From Vicugna vicugna (taxonomy: Eukaryota): 64,000 nt of DNA. The stretch lies in NCBI GenBank assembly GCA_013265495.1, contig MU058213.1, forward strand, positions 7,146,066 to 7,210,065. Reading direction: 5' to 3'. Numbering within the stretch: the stretch's first letter is position 1; each line of letters begins with the position of its first letter. The notes under the pieces were generated by a model. The model did not search any database and had not been told where the DNA came from. It was given only the letters and a program-made list of their open reading frames with translations. Position numbers and translations under genes: made by a program. Below, in pieces: positions 12,780-24,859 of this stretch.

Positions 12780-13362
12780 TTCTGCTTTTTCTCCTTAGCA
12801 ACAAAACTTTTTTCTTAAGTGGGCAGCAGTGTACTCAGCTTTTTAAGAGACTGCAGTTTTTAGCTTCTTTTGGAATTGGATGTGTCCATTTAATTAAGTT
12901 CTGGCCAAGAAGCAGCCAATGAAATTTATGAGGCAGGATTTCAGAAAAATCTCCTTAAATAGAAAACAGTTGACATGGGTTTTTGTTGTTGTTGTTGTTT
13001 TTGTTAGTTCTAGTGTGGGTTTTTTGTTTCTGCTCTGACCCTCCTTTTTTCTTCTCCTTCCTTTGCCTAATACTTGATGTGATGTCTGGAACTTCCTCAG
13101 CTAAAGTGGACCCTGAGGAAAACTGGAAGATGGGGACTAGACACAAAGGATGGAAGACAAAAAATTGAGGATGGAAACAAAAGCACAGGGCAAAAAGTCA
13201 GGAGGAGACTGCTTTCCTGATGAATGTGAAACTGTCAATTCAGTCCTGGACTGCTTTCCTCCAGACTTCTTGCACATGAAAGAAAAAATAAATTTCTAAC
13301 TTATTTAAATTGCTTACATCCAGTCTCTGATACTAATGAATAAGCTTAACTTCAACTTATAC
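12780..13362 (+). mobile_element. Old MLT1 (I/J/K-like) LTR
   Basis: AAGTTCTGGCCAA, GATGTGATGTCTGGAAC and CCAGACTTCTTG...AAAAATAAATTTCT motifs. Confidence 0.5.
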
Positions 13363-16300
13363 AGAATTATACAGAAATTTTTTCTACGTGGCTTTTAGAA
13401 CTAGTCATGCGTATAACTTGGCTGAAGATAAAAATTAAACGAGGAGGGAAGATGGAAGAGAGGGAGGGAGGAGAATCAGAGTGTGAGTCAGTGAGCAGTG
13501 TGGGGCTTGGAGTGAACCAGTCCCAGAGTCTTGTTCTGACTCCGCTTCTTCCTGGCCAGGTGAAATCTTTGAAAACTGTTCACTCATTTGTGAACCTGGA
13601 AGACTATTGTAAAGATTAGACAAAGTATAAAAAGTGCCTGGCGTATTGTAGGTGTTGAAAAAAACTGGCTATTTCACTGCCCTTTGAACTGCCCTATTTC
13701 ATCTGGCCCTGCTGAACTCACAGTAAGGTTTCAGTAAACTCTTGTTGAATTGAGGTATCATGACCCAAATGACACAGAGCACCCTCAGTGCGGAGAGACC
13801 ACAACCTTCTGTTTTGTTTTGAGACATTTTCAGGGAAACATCTGCAGTGGCTCCAGCCTCTTTCCCAGCTGTAACAAGTAAAGTATACTTCTGGTCTCAA
13901 TTCATTCTCTACAAGGGATCCAGAATATTCTTCTAAGAAATAGTTTTGATTATACTGCCCATCTCTGGAAACCCTTCTGGGTAGGGTCTGACCTACCTGA
14001 CAGCCCACTTCCCACATCTCTCACGCCCACCTTGTACCCCCACTGATCATACTCACACCTCCATGTCTTTCTGCACGCTGTTTCCCTGCCTGGAACGCCC
14101 TGTCCCACCTTCCTCAATGGTGAGCTGCTCCTCATCCTTCAAGCCTCAGAGCAAATATTTTTTTTTGTGAAGGAAAGCCTTTCCCAAGCTCTTTAGGCAG
14201 ATTCAGCTCTACTCTGTTTCTCCTGGCATTTATGCCCTCTGCATTCTCAGTTGGCAATTTGCATAATTTTTTTGTTTTGTTTTGATTTGTTGGTCTCTGA
14301 GACTAGGCAGGAGCTCCTGAGGACAGGCATCTGGCTGTCACCTTGTGCTGGCATTGTCTCACCCAGTACCTGTTACTGTTGGATTTCCCTCCATAAGCAT
14401 CATCTTGCCCTTATTCATCCTTCAACTTCCTTGGCAAAAGCTAAAGGCTGATAGTTCAGCATGGTTGGAAATGGCTGAAATGGGGATTCTCATATGTTAT
14501 CAGTGGGAAGGCAATTTAGCAGTATCTGTTAATATTTAAAGTGTCCCTGCCATTTGATTCAGTGATTTTGTTTCTAGAAAGCTACCCTGAAAAGGGTGTC
14601 ATGTATGACCACAACAATATGTACGTAAGGATTTAACTTGCAGCGTTTTAAGCTGATATACTTAACTCTAAGTGCTTATCAGTGAGGCTAAGTTAAAATT
14701 ATGAAATATCTGTACTATCGACAGGCTGGAGTAGATCAACATGGACAGTTTTCAAAAATACAGTGTGAAACAGAAGAGAAAGCAGAACGTGTGTGTAGAG
14801 CTGTGCATTGTTGGCATGCTAAGTTACAGTACTGACGTGGAAAACATTATGAAAATGGACTTGGCTACAAATATCCACCCCATCATGATCATTCTTATGT
14901 TAACTTGCTGAGATATTAGGATACTTTCTGAGCTATCATATTAGCATCTTCCTTCTTACCTCAGCACATTTTATTGCATTTTTATGGTCTGGCAAGTCAG
15001 AGGATAAATATTTCCAACTCTACCAGCCTCCATTGTTTCTTCAAGCAGCAGTTTCCACAAAGTGCTGCATAAAGTATGCACAAATACTTAGATGCTAAGT
15101 GTCTGCTATCAATGGAAAAATCCTAATTCTGTAATAAAAAAATTTACCTTTTATCCATGAGTTTGCTCAAAATAGGACAGTATTTTTCATAAAAGTAAAT
15201 GTTTAGTATGAAAATGTATGCAAAAATAGCTACACTTTGAATGTTTTCATCTTTATTAAAATGTCTCCTAGATACATTTTGAGTGTTCTGACTTTGATTG
15301 TTTTGACTATTTTTAAACTTTTTTGAAGGCCTTATGATTCCTGATTAAAAAAATAAAAGTCAATTAGACTAATATGACTAATCTGATTCTAGTATTTATA
15401 TTAATATGTATGTGTGTATGTTTATATATTTACACATAGTATAGGTGTATAGAGATATATACACACACATGTAAATATATGGAAGGATACAGACCAAGCT
15501 GATATTGGTTAGCTTTGGGAAAGAAGAGGTAGGTGGGTGTGTGTAAAGGAGAATGCTCACCTTTTATTTTATACACTTTATATTATTTAATTTTTGCTAA
15601 CAATGAATACAAATTACTTCTACAATGTTGAACAGTTGAAAAAAGAAAAAAGGTACATAGTAGTGAAAAGAGGACTTCCTTCTTACACACTAAGACAATG
15701 AGAGCCTGTGCCAGGCTTTGGGGCAAACTTCAATCTTCTTGAGGGTATTTTTTCATATAAATTCAAGAAAACACAACTTAAACACTACAGAGGAAAGTTG
15801 GACATCATAGCCACCCTGTGCTGCCAAAGAAAACACTCAATTTAGTAAAATGTCATTTGATTTCGATTCTTCTGATCATAATCTATGATAACACAGCCTA
15901 GGTGGGGCCAGAACTTACACAGGTCCTATCACATATGAAAAAAAGTTGGCTAAGCAAATTCATTTAGTAAGTAAGATACCTTGTGGCATGGGGTTTATGG
16001 GAAAGATACATTAGACTTCTTTTTTCATATAACCTTTGTCTTATTCATAGTACCTCTTAATCTCAGGGTCCTATGACTGTTCATGTGTCAGGCTGCACCG
16101 TCAAGACTGGGAGTTCCCTGCTCATCTCTGCATCTCCAGCACCTCGACCACTGTGGGCCCATGACAGGTTCTCCATCTCTATAGTCCTGCCTTTTCTGGA
16201 CTCTGTCCTACTGCAGAGTCCTGTGTTAGTCATCACAGACCTCGGGAGGTTCTGGTCCTAACTCCTAACCTAATTGAGTGTGTTTGGACAAATCACCCAG

Positions 16301-19300
16301 GCTCTCCGGTTCTGTTTCTTATCTGGAAAATGAGGAGCTTTGACTAAAAAAACTTCAAATTCTCTTTTAGCTTTAAAACTCAGTCCTTAATATGCAAATG
16401 CTACTGATTTAGGCACATTAATGTATATAGGCACATGGATGTTACTCAACATAAACAGGTCTTATCTACTCATTAAAACGGGACTTCTAAAAGGAAGTAC
16501 TTTGATTAACAAAATTAGATCCCTTTACAAGCAGATCAATAGATCACTTTAATCAAATACAATTGGCTGCCTTTCTCTGCATTCCATTTTTGTTCAAATT
16601 GGGGAACATATCCCTCCTGTAACTGAATAAATCCAAATAAAGTTATTGTTTTATTTCAGACTTTGGATCATGGATCTCCAGCATGTTTTTAGTTCCCAAG
16701 TTATTCAAATGTATAGCTGTGCCTGAAAAACATCACTTCAAACTAAAATGAGGCTGTTAGAATATTATCAAAATAGAAATAACAAGCAACTGTTGAGTAT
16801 CTCTAATGTTGCAAAGGAATTTAGATTTCTAATACTGTGAACCTATGATAACATACTCAGGTATCTAGTTATGGGGATTTACAAAGCAGATGCCATCAGT
16901 AGTGATAAGGGTCAGAGATTCCTCCCCATTCTGTAAGGGGACGTTAGCAAACAGGCAGCAGGATGGAGCCTGCTTCAGAACCCAAAAGGTCAGAGCTGGT
17001 GCAGGGATGCTATGGGAGGACATCAGAAATTGGGCTAGAGCTAAGCCGGCTACCAAGGGAGAAGCCAGAGACACTATGATTTGCTAAAAATTTCAAAGGG
17101 CAAGAGTGGAATCTGAACAGAAGATGAAGCCAAGGTTCCACAGCTGGAACAATGCAGAAAGGAGGAAGAGGAAAGCAAGGAGTGTGGTGGGCAGGCTGCA
17201 GGCAAGGCTGCAGTGGTGTCCACTTGCCTCTGTGGCCCAAGGACATGCGATGCCTGGGCGTCAGGCTTGGTGAACACAGATGCTGAATTATCTCTGCCAT
17301 TTCTTCAAATAACAACACAAAAGAGCAGAACGAGAAGGAGGAGGAAAAGAGGAAGAAGATGACAGCGTAGGAGAGCACAGTGAAGGAGGACACTGTGCAA
17401 CTGTGACACAGAGAGAAATGGACTGAGAATCTGTCCTCCTGACTGAGGCGTATCGACCACCTCTCCTCATCTCCATCTTAGTTTCTACATCTGGGAACTG
17501 GACATTTTAGATCTTCTGTAAGGGTTTTGCTAGCTCTTAAAATTTGTAAGGCCTTGTTAAAACACAGTTTCAAATTCTGCAAGCCTCCAGTAAAACAGTC
17601 CCTGCAGGATTCATAATCTGACTTCATTGCTTGGGCAGCAGATTTTCAGTTCAACCCCTTAACAGTTTGGCATCTGGTGTTCCTGGGACCCTTGATAAGA
17701 ATTCTCTATTGCTTGCTTTCTGATAGGGTGGGTCTCAGGACTGTGGCAGACGCAAAAGGCAAACAGATGGGTGAGCTGCTCTAATCAGCACTATCTGCAG
17801 TTTTCTTTTTCTTTTTTCTTTTCAAATGAGTGGTTAGTCTTCCCCAAGTCTCAGTGCTCCACTCCCTAATTTGGAGGTAAACCAGATGATTTCACTGGGC
17901 TTTCCCTTCCCTGGTCTCATGATTCACCAACTACAGCAACTAGGGTGGGGTGAAAAAAAAACAACTCTAATACTCAGGTTATGTCACAGCTCAAAAGGAA
18001 GGAATCTATGAAAAACTGCTACGACCGGTAAAAAAGAAAAAAAGAAAAGAAAAAAAAAGAAAAAACTATGACTCACAACACTCCTAACTCAGAAATCTTT
18101 CCCAGGAGGTCTCCTCACATCCAGTGCCCCTGTCTTTCCTCTTGAATTATCAGTTACATGAACATTTTGTTTATTGAGTGTTTTACATGTATTTTTCTAT
18201 GAAATTGGTAAAATGCTTTATCTAGTACAGATAGAAGCCTCGTTGGTTTTGATCACTCACACCCTTGAAAAAACTGCCAGTATCTCTCTGACTATAGCAA
18301 TCAGGGTGAATTCATTCAGTTTAACAAACACTGAGTATCCACTGTATACACTAGGGCAAGACCGTGTAGCAGATGCGTAAGAGGAAAAAATACCGTAACT
18401 CCAACTTCAAGATCTGGTTGGAGGTAAAGAAGTAATTGCAATTTGACAAATGTATCAGAAATGAAATCAAAATGCTAGGAGAGCTCAGGAGCAGCTAACT
18501 CTTAGAGGAAGGAAGGAAGACATTCCCTCTTGGTCAATGCATTTGCGGTTACTCACAGCGATTTGAAGTCCTTGTGCAATCATAAAAGAGGAAACGTTAA
18601 TGCATGCCAAAGGATTCTATGCCCTGGGACGCATCAGTGTAGAGATTTGTGACTGCTAATTTTCAAACAAACCGTTCCAGTATAAAAACAGGTACAGAGA
18701 AGGTATATATTTACTTAATGCCACCACTGTGAAAATTGTGGAAATATTTTTGGAACTCCTCTACTTAAGTTTTACCTCAGAGCCTAAGGCAAATCCTAGT
18801 CACTTGAGAGGAGTTTTGAGTAACATCTAAAGGTCACTCTGAGCCACGTTCTGTGACTAAGAGAGCAAAGGATGGAAGAAGACTGCCAACTGGGGCTAAA
18901 ATACGTGAAGCTCTGGTCAGTCCCTTATTTGATGACATTGTTTGACAGACTCAGCACTATTTTTTTTCTAGTTTTAAGGAAATTTGTTCTGATATGAGGT
19001 CTGAAGTTGATAGCTATCAGCCCAATATCAGAGTTCCTGAGATACTAAATATCTAAAATTATGTACTACTGTTTAAAAGTAATTAGATTTTTGTTGTTGT
19101 TGTTGAAAATGTACAAAAATATAGTGGACTGAGAAGAAATCTTCAATATCTTATCTATGGATGAGGTGCTTACACGCCAAAAAAAGTCTCAAAAAACCAA
19201 TACTCCCATGGGCAAGGGAATAGCTTGTTGCAGTTTCCTATGAATAACACCAGCCTCCTGGAGGTCTCCATCAAAATGTCTTCAGTTAACACGGTCAGTC

Positions 19301-22182
19301 CCTTTCCCCTTCCAGAGGCAGTGGTATTCTTCATTTTGGGTAGCTAGAACAAACTTAGAGGGGAACCCCAGCCAGCCGAAGAGGAAAAGGAGAGGGCAAA
19401 GTCAGAGGACGCTGAGCCAGCCCAGAGCCAGCCACCGGCCAGTCCTCACAAAGGCTGCCCACTCTCCTGGAGGGGCAGGTGTCTTTCCTTCATAAACAGA
19501 AATCACTACTCAGAAGTCTTAACATTGCTTCTGTCAGTCTTTTTAACAAATTGGTCTGTTAATAAATTTTGTACGTGATGAAACTATCTACCTTGTATTG
19601 TTAAAAAAAATACACAAAGCCTGTACACACTTCATAACAAACTAAAAAGGAATGGGGGTTGGGAGCATGTCCTGAGATCCCCATGGGCTGGCAATACTGG
19701 TCTCCATATTATAATTAAGTTTTAACTGGTTAAGTTCAATTTTCTCTTTCAAGGCTGTAGCATCCATTTAAAATGTTCGAACATTAACAGAAATAACACA
19801 TAAACACTAAAACATTCTGGGAGGGAGGTCGTGCCATGACTTACCCAGATCCTTACGTCTCTGAGGGAGGGCAACTTGGGTTTCAGTTTGAGCACTGGGC
19901 TCAATTGCTTAACTTTCGTTTTCCTTCCTAGACTCCAGAGTCCGAGCTTTAAAAGCTTAGGAGAGTCCAACTGGGTAAAAGCAGCATTTAAAGAGTTAAC
20001 CATCCTTTTCAGAGTGATCCTGGGAGAAAACCAAATTTTTCCCCCACATTGAGAGTTGCTTCCAAGTGATACAACTGGAATGTAACTCCCCAAAGAACAG
20101 CTTTTGCAAAGGAACCCTTACCCCATTTAGGTCTGGGCCCCAGAGGAAGGAGAGGCATCTGACTTACCTGGTGCGAGGATCTGTGGCACTTGTTACCCGT
20201 TTCCGACGTGTCCAACTCCAGTAGATTTAAGATCGGCACCTGCCATTTCATTGGCTTGGCCATGTTCTCACACATGTGGCAGGCGTATTTGGTACCGCAG
20301 GGACCAACGTGAACAGGTTGCCTAGTTAGACTGACCGCTGTAACCTCAGGTGTAGACTGAAAAATAGCCTCTCCTGATCTTCCTGCCCTCAGACATCCCT
20401 AAGTATCCGTCCTCCCTCCTGATCTACTTGACACACTGCAGTTGTACTTCCCATTAGAGAAGTTTAATCCTCTTGCCCGCCTCCACTGCCACCCTTGTTA
20501 AAAAGCTTTTGATTACTTCCCATCTGAAGACAATGCCCACTGTCTCTAAGAAGGCACCCAGGGCCTTTTACTGACACGTTCTCCCCAGCACACTTTCTCA
20601 GGTTTCTTTTGGTCCCTTCACCACAGGCAGCCCGGCCAGGTCTTAGGCACCCTGGATGGCCTGCCGTTCCAACAGGCTGTGCATGTTTGTACCGCTGTGG
20701 CACGGATCACACTTTGTCTCTCAGCATGAAATTTCTCTTTCAGTCTCACAAACTCCTTTCAAGTGCTAGCACAAGTGACATCTCTCATGGATGTGATCCG
20801 ACAGTATTTCACACTGATACAGTGACCTGCAGTTTCAAAAGGACCTTTGTATCTATTATTTATTGGAAGGCCAGGAGAGCTAGTAGAATATGCTAGGAAG
20901 GCACAAAATTCTGGATTTTACAAATGAAAAGGCCGAGAAGCTCAAAGAAGGGACAGATGCAGCCTTAGCAAATGGGCCTTAGCAAATGGTGGAGCTGAGA
21001 CTAATTCAGTGCCCTCTGCTTCCTGCTTTCCCCCTCCCTGCCTCCCAACAAACATCAATTCTGGACTGGCTAAGACTCATGCTCTTATACCTCTCCAAGT
21101 TGCAGCTGACAGTCTTAGCAGTCTGAAGACTTCCCCAGCTGCTGGATGCGAATTAACTCTAGCAGGTGCTCCTGGGAGGAGGAAAGCTTAGGCTGACAGC
21201 AAACTCAGCATTCCCTTATATGCAAAATGACATTTTGGCCTTAGGCACTTACAAAGTTACACAGTCCTTCCTCCTTAAGAGTAAAAGTTTTCAGGCACTA
21301 GAGTGTAGCATTAAAAAAAGCCAAACTGAATTAGGGACTGACCTACCACTTTATTAGCCTCCCAACATGCACATGTATACAGACACACTCCAGCCTGACG
21401 CAATGTGATTTCAGTCTCCCTCACCCTCTTCCTGAACTCAAAAGAACTCACTGTGCAATTCTGAGGCTGCATATTGGAATTGGATAGACACTATTTCCAG
21501 CTGCCCATTGTGGCACTTGGGAAACTATAATTTGCATCACTTTTGTTGGGGCAGAGGGCAGACATTATACTTGCAAAATGTATTCCATTATTTATTTTTC
21601 ACATTAGTAAAACTGCTGTTTGCATATTGTCAAGACCCATGACTAGTTAAAAATAAACCACAAACTCCATAAAATATAGTCTATTTCTTAGTTGTATAGA
21701 AATGTTAACTTTCTCATTCAATTAAACAAAGAGACTGTAATCACTTGATTATCTATTCTGGACAAATTTCTCACTTTCAGTTGAAAACTTCAGGAGCAAA
21801 TTTAAATATTGTGTCGTGGAGGATTATGTAGTCAGTAAGACTGTTCCTGGACACAACATCCTACTTTTCTGGAGTCCCACCTAACAGGCTAAAACCTAAA
21901 AAAGCCTTACAGTTTAGTTTCTGCAGCCTAAGTTGGGCAGAAGTTTGTTCAAAGACCAATCTGCAAATCTCTGCAGCTGGTGAGCCCTCAAGAACTGTGT
22001 GAAAGAGCAGGCTTCCATTCAGCATGCCAGTGATTGGATATGGGCCTTTCTCTTTGATAAGAACCTTTTTCTTTTCTCCTGCCTGAGAAAGAATCAGATT
22101 ACATATTCATGTACAAACAAGTTCTGGGTGCTAGATAAAATGCTTTTAAGAGGTTTCAGATACGAAAAAAAAAATAAATTTA

Positions 22183-22320
22183 GGGGGAGGATATCACTCA
22201 AGCGGTAGAGTGCATGCTTAGCACTCACAAGGTCCTGGGTTCAATCCCCAAACCTCCTATAAAAATAAATAAGTAAACCTAATTACCTCCCTCAACCAAA
22301 AAAACCAAACCAAACCAAAT
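22183..22320 (+). mobile_element. tRNA-Ala-derived camelid SINE (Vic-1-like)
   Basis: GGGGGAGGATATCACTCAAGCGGTAGAGTGCATGCTTAGCACTCACAAGGTCCTGGGTTCAATCCCC followed by AAATAAATAAGTAAACCTAATTACCTCCC and an A-rich tail. Confidence 0.88.
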
Positions 22321-23764
22321 ATGGTATCTTCCAAACTGTTAAATCTAACCTGAACTTGTACTTAACTTTGTTGTTAGTAAACAAAACATAGTAACATTAA
22401 ATGAGTTAGACGGAATTATAAAAATGTACCCAAACCATGGAACTTCATTCTTTCTTGAGGGGTGACTGGTATGGCCTTTAATAAATGCAAGCTTTTACAT
22501 TTCCTTTCTTGTGCGAGGCTCATAGACTGGCCCTTGCGAGTAGGGGATCTAAGACTGAGTTAGAGACATCTTAGCTACATCCCGGTATATGGTGAGGCTC
22601 TTAGGTATCAGCACAATTTAGTCTGTTCTAATGGAGCATCTGGAGGCTGCCTAGCCCTGTGCTTTTGGTCTTCGGCTAGACAGACAGCTGTATAAAAACA
22701 CTCATTGCCTGCAAGGAGCGTACAATCTGTTTATGGACTTCACCAAAATACTTGAAAGAGAATAATGTAGGTAACATCTGAGCTTCCAAATCTGTGGTAT
22801 TATAAGTACAGTAGAAATTTACAGCAGAAAAGTTCTGTTTTGAGGGTTTTGAGTTGTAAGAAGTTTCATTTCATGAACCCTAAACACAGGGATCCCTGAT
22901 TCCCCCTCCCCCAAGTCCCCCGCCATTTCACTTAGACATTTGTCTTTCTGCCTGATTGACTGTTGAATCTAATAGTCCTTTTCCCTCAGTCTTTATCTTC
23001 CTTGATATCATTATAATACCTAATACTCAACACATTTTCTACAAACCTTCTATTCTGAAATAATCCCAAATTTACATAAAAGTTGTAGAAACAGTAAATA
23101 TAGCTCCTACCTACTTTTCACCAAGACTCCTTGTTAAGGTTTCTCTGCTCAAGTCCTACAATTTGAGACTAAGTTGGAGACAGGATGTCCCATTACCAAT
23201 TTATACTTCAGTGTTTATTTCCTAAGTGGAGGGCATGTTCTGACATAATCACATCACGGTGAGGAAACTAACATACATACAGTACTACTGTGTAATCCAC
23301 AAACTCCATTCACGTTTTGCCAACTGTTTCAATAATGTCCTTTATTGGACCATACAAACCAGGAACATGAGTCCCATTCAGTTAGTCTTTAAGCAAAATA
23401 GTCCCACAGTGTTTCCCTGTCTTTCATGATCCTGACATTTCTGAAGATTGCTGACAAATTACTTTACAGATTACGTCTTTGGGTTTCTCTGGTATTTCCT
23501 TACAATTTATGCATACGTGGCAGTGATATACCACAAAAGCACATACTTAGCAACATACATTGATTTAGTGATATCAACTTTAGTCACTTGGTTAAAATAG
23601 TTTCTGCCAGGTTTCTTTAGCATTAAGTAAACTAATAAGCATGTTATACTTAATAACTATCCTGCAGTGAGATTCTTTAAGACTATGTAAATATTCTATT
23701 TACCATCAAATTTTCACCCACTATATTTAGCATCCTTTCATGATTTTTAGCTAAATAATTAAAA

Positions 23765-23886
23765 GGGGGAGGGTATAGGTCAGAGGTAGAGTATATGCTT
23801 AGCACGCATAAGGTCCTGGGTTCAATCTCTAGCATCTCTATTTAAAAAAATAATAAACTTAAATACCCCCTCCCAAAAAAACAAAC
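23765..23886 (+). mobile_element. Vic-1-like SINE
   Basis: Same tRNA-Ala head with A/B boxes, the same 3' segment and an A-rich tail. Confidence 0.88.
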
Positions 23887-23961
23887 CACACACATAATTG
23901 GTAAAGATTCCCAATTAAAGTATGAACGTGAACAATCATAGAAAAGAGAGACAAGAATTTT

Positions 23962-24036
23962 GGGGGGAGGGTCTAGCTCAGTGGTAGAGTGTGTGCTTAG
24001 CATGCATGAGGTCTTGGGTTCAATCTCCAGTACCTC
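23962..24036 (+). mobile_element. Vic-1-like SINE, head only
   Basis: GGGGGGAGGGTCTAGCTCAGTGGTAGAGTGTGTGCTTAGCATGCATGAGGTCTTGGGTTCAATCTCCAGTACCTC, lacking the 3' segment. Confidence 0.88.
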
Positions 24037-24859
24037 ATGATAATAATAATGGTTGCAAATTGGTGATTCTTCTAATTCCATCATTCTCTCTAGACTTACT
24101 GACTAGCACTCTCCCATAGAGCAGAATATTTCCTTTTGTCCTTTTATTAACACATATCAGTATAAGCTTGTGGACCACTTTACTCAAAGTATTTCAATGT
24201 GTTACTACCATTATTTCACCAGACCTGGGAACTCCTTCAAGCTAGCTCCTGTCTTCTTTTGATGCACCCATCATTCTTTGAGCACTTTCTCATTTTCTGG
24301 TGTAAGACGATGTTCCAGGTTCATCTTATAGTTTCCCTTCCCCATTATGGGAACTAGTAATTTCTCCAAGGAGCCCCAATTTCTTTCAGTGAAGAATGGG
24401 ACTTAGAAACCAAGATCTAGGTGCTGGTGCTAAGTGTGCTCATTGCTACTAGGGTGTCACTGCTCCTAGATCCTATCAGCAGAATTAAAAATGTGTATGC
24501 ATATGTACACACACACACATCTATCTCTATTTCTCCATCTCTCTATATATTAAGTACCATGAATTCACTTATAATTCCAAACCAATTCCTCAAGGTTTAT
24601 TCTTGCCTCCTTCTTTCCCATTATTCTCAATGTATTTATTTGCTCAATTAACTCGGTATATAACCAAACTCCCAGCCCCCTGACCCAAACAAAGGGGAAG
24701 TAAAGTAAAGGAAAAAAAAAAAAAGGCCACCTTGGTTCCAGATATGCCAGCCCCAATTTCTTGGTATATCAGCCCAAAGACGGGCCCCAACCTTCCCATG
24801 TGTTTCTCTCTCCTAAATTGCAGACCCACATTTTCAGTCCATAGACCCCACAGTCTATC

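Larger units (their letters stand above)
23040..24660 (-). mobile_element. L1MC-like 3' fragment hosting two SINEs
   Basis: TATTCTGAAATAAT...AAAAGTTG, TTCTCCAAGGAGCCC and TTAGAAACCAAGATCTAGGTGCTGGTG are typical of L1MC 3' ends. Confidence 0.7.

Noticed and set aside
20162..20171. U1 snRNA-like start ACTTACCTGG (also at 27672)
   Set aside because: Similarity ends after ~10 nt; it is just the complement of a 5' splice-site consensus. The 27672 copy sits in an L2 remnant.
23962..24036. Apparent tRNA-Ala(AGC) genes (also at 22183, 23765 and ~47775)
   Set aside because: They carry the SINE-type GGGGGAGGG 5' end, CpG decay and disrupted stems, and most have SINE tails.
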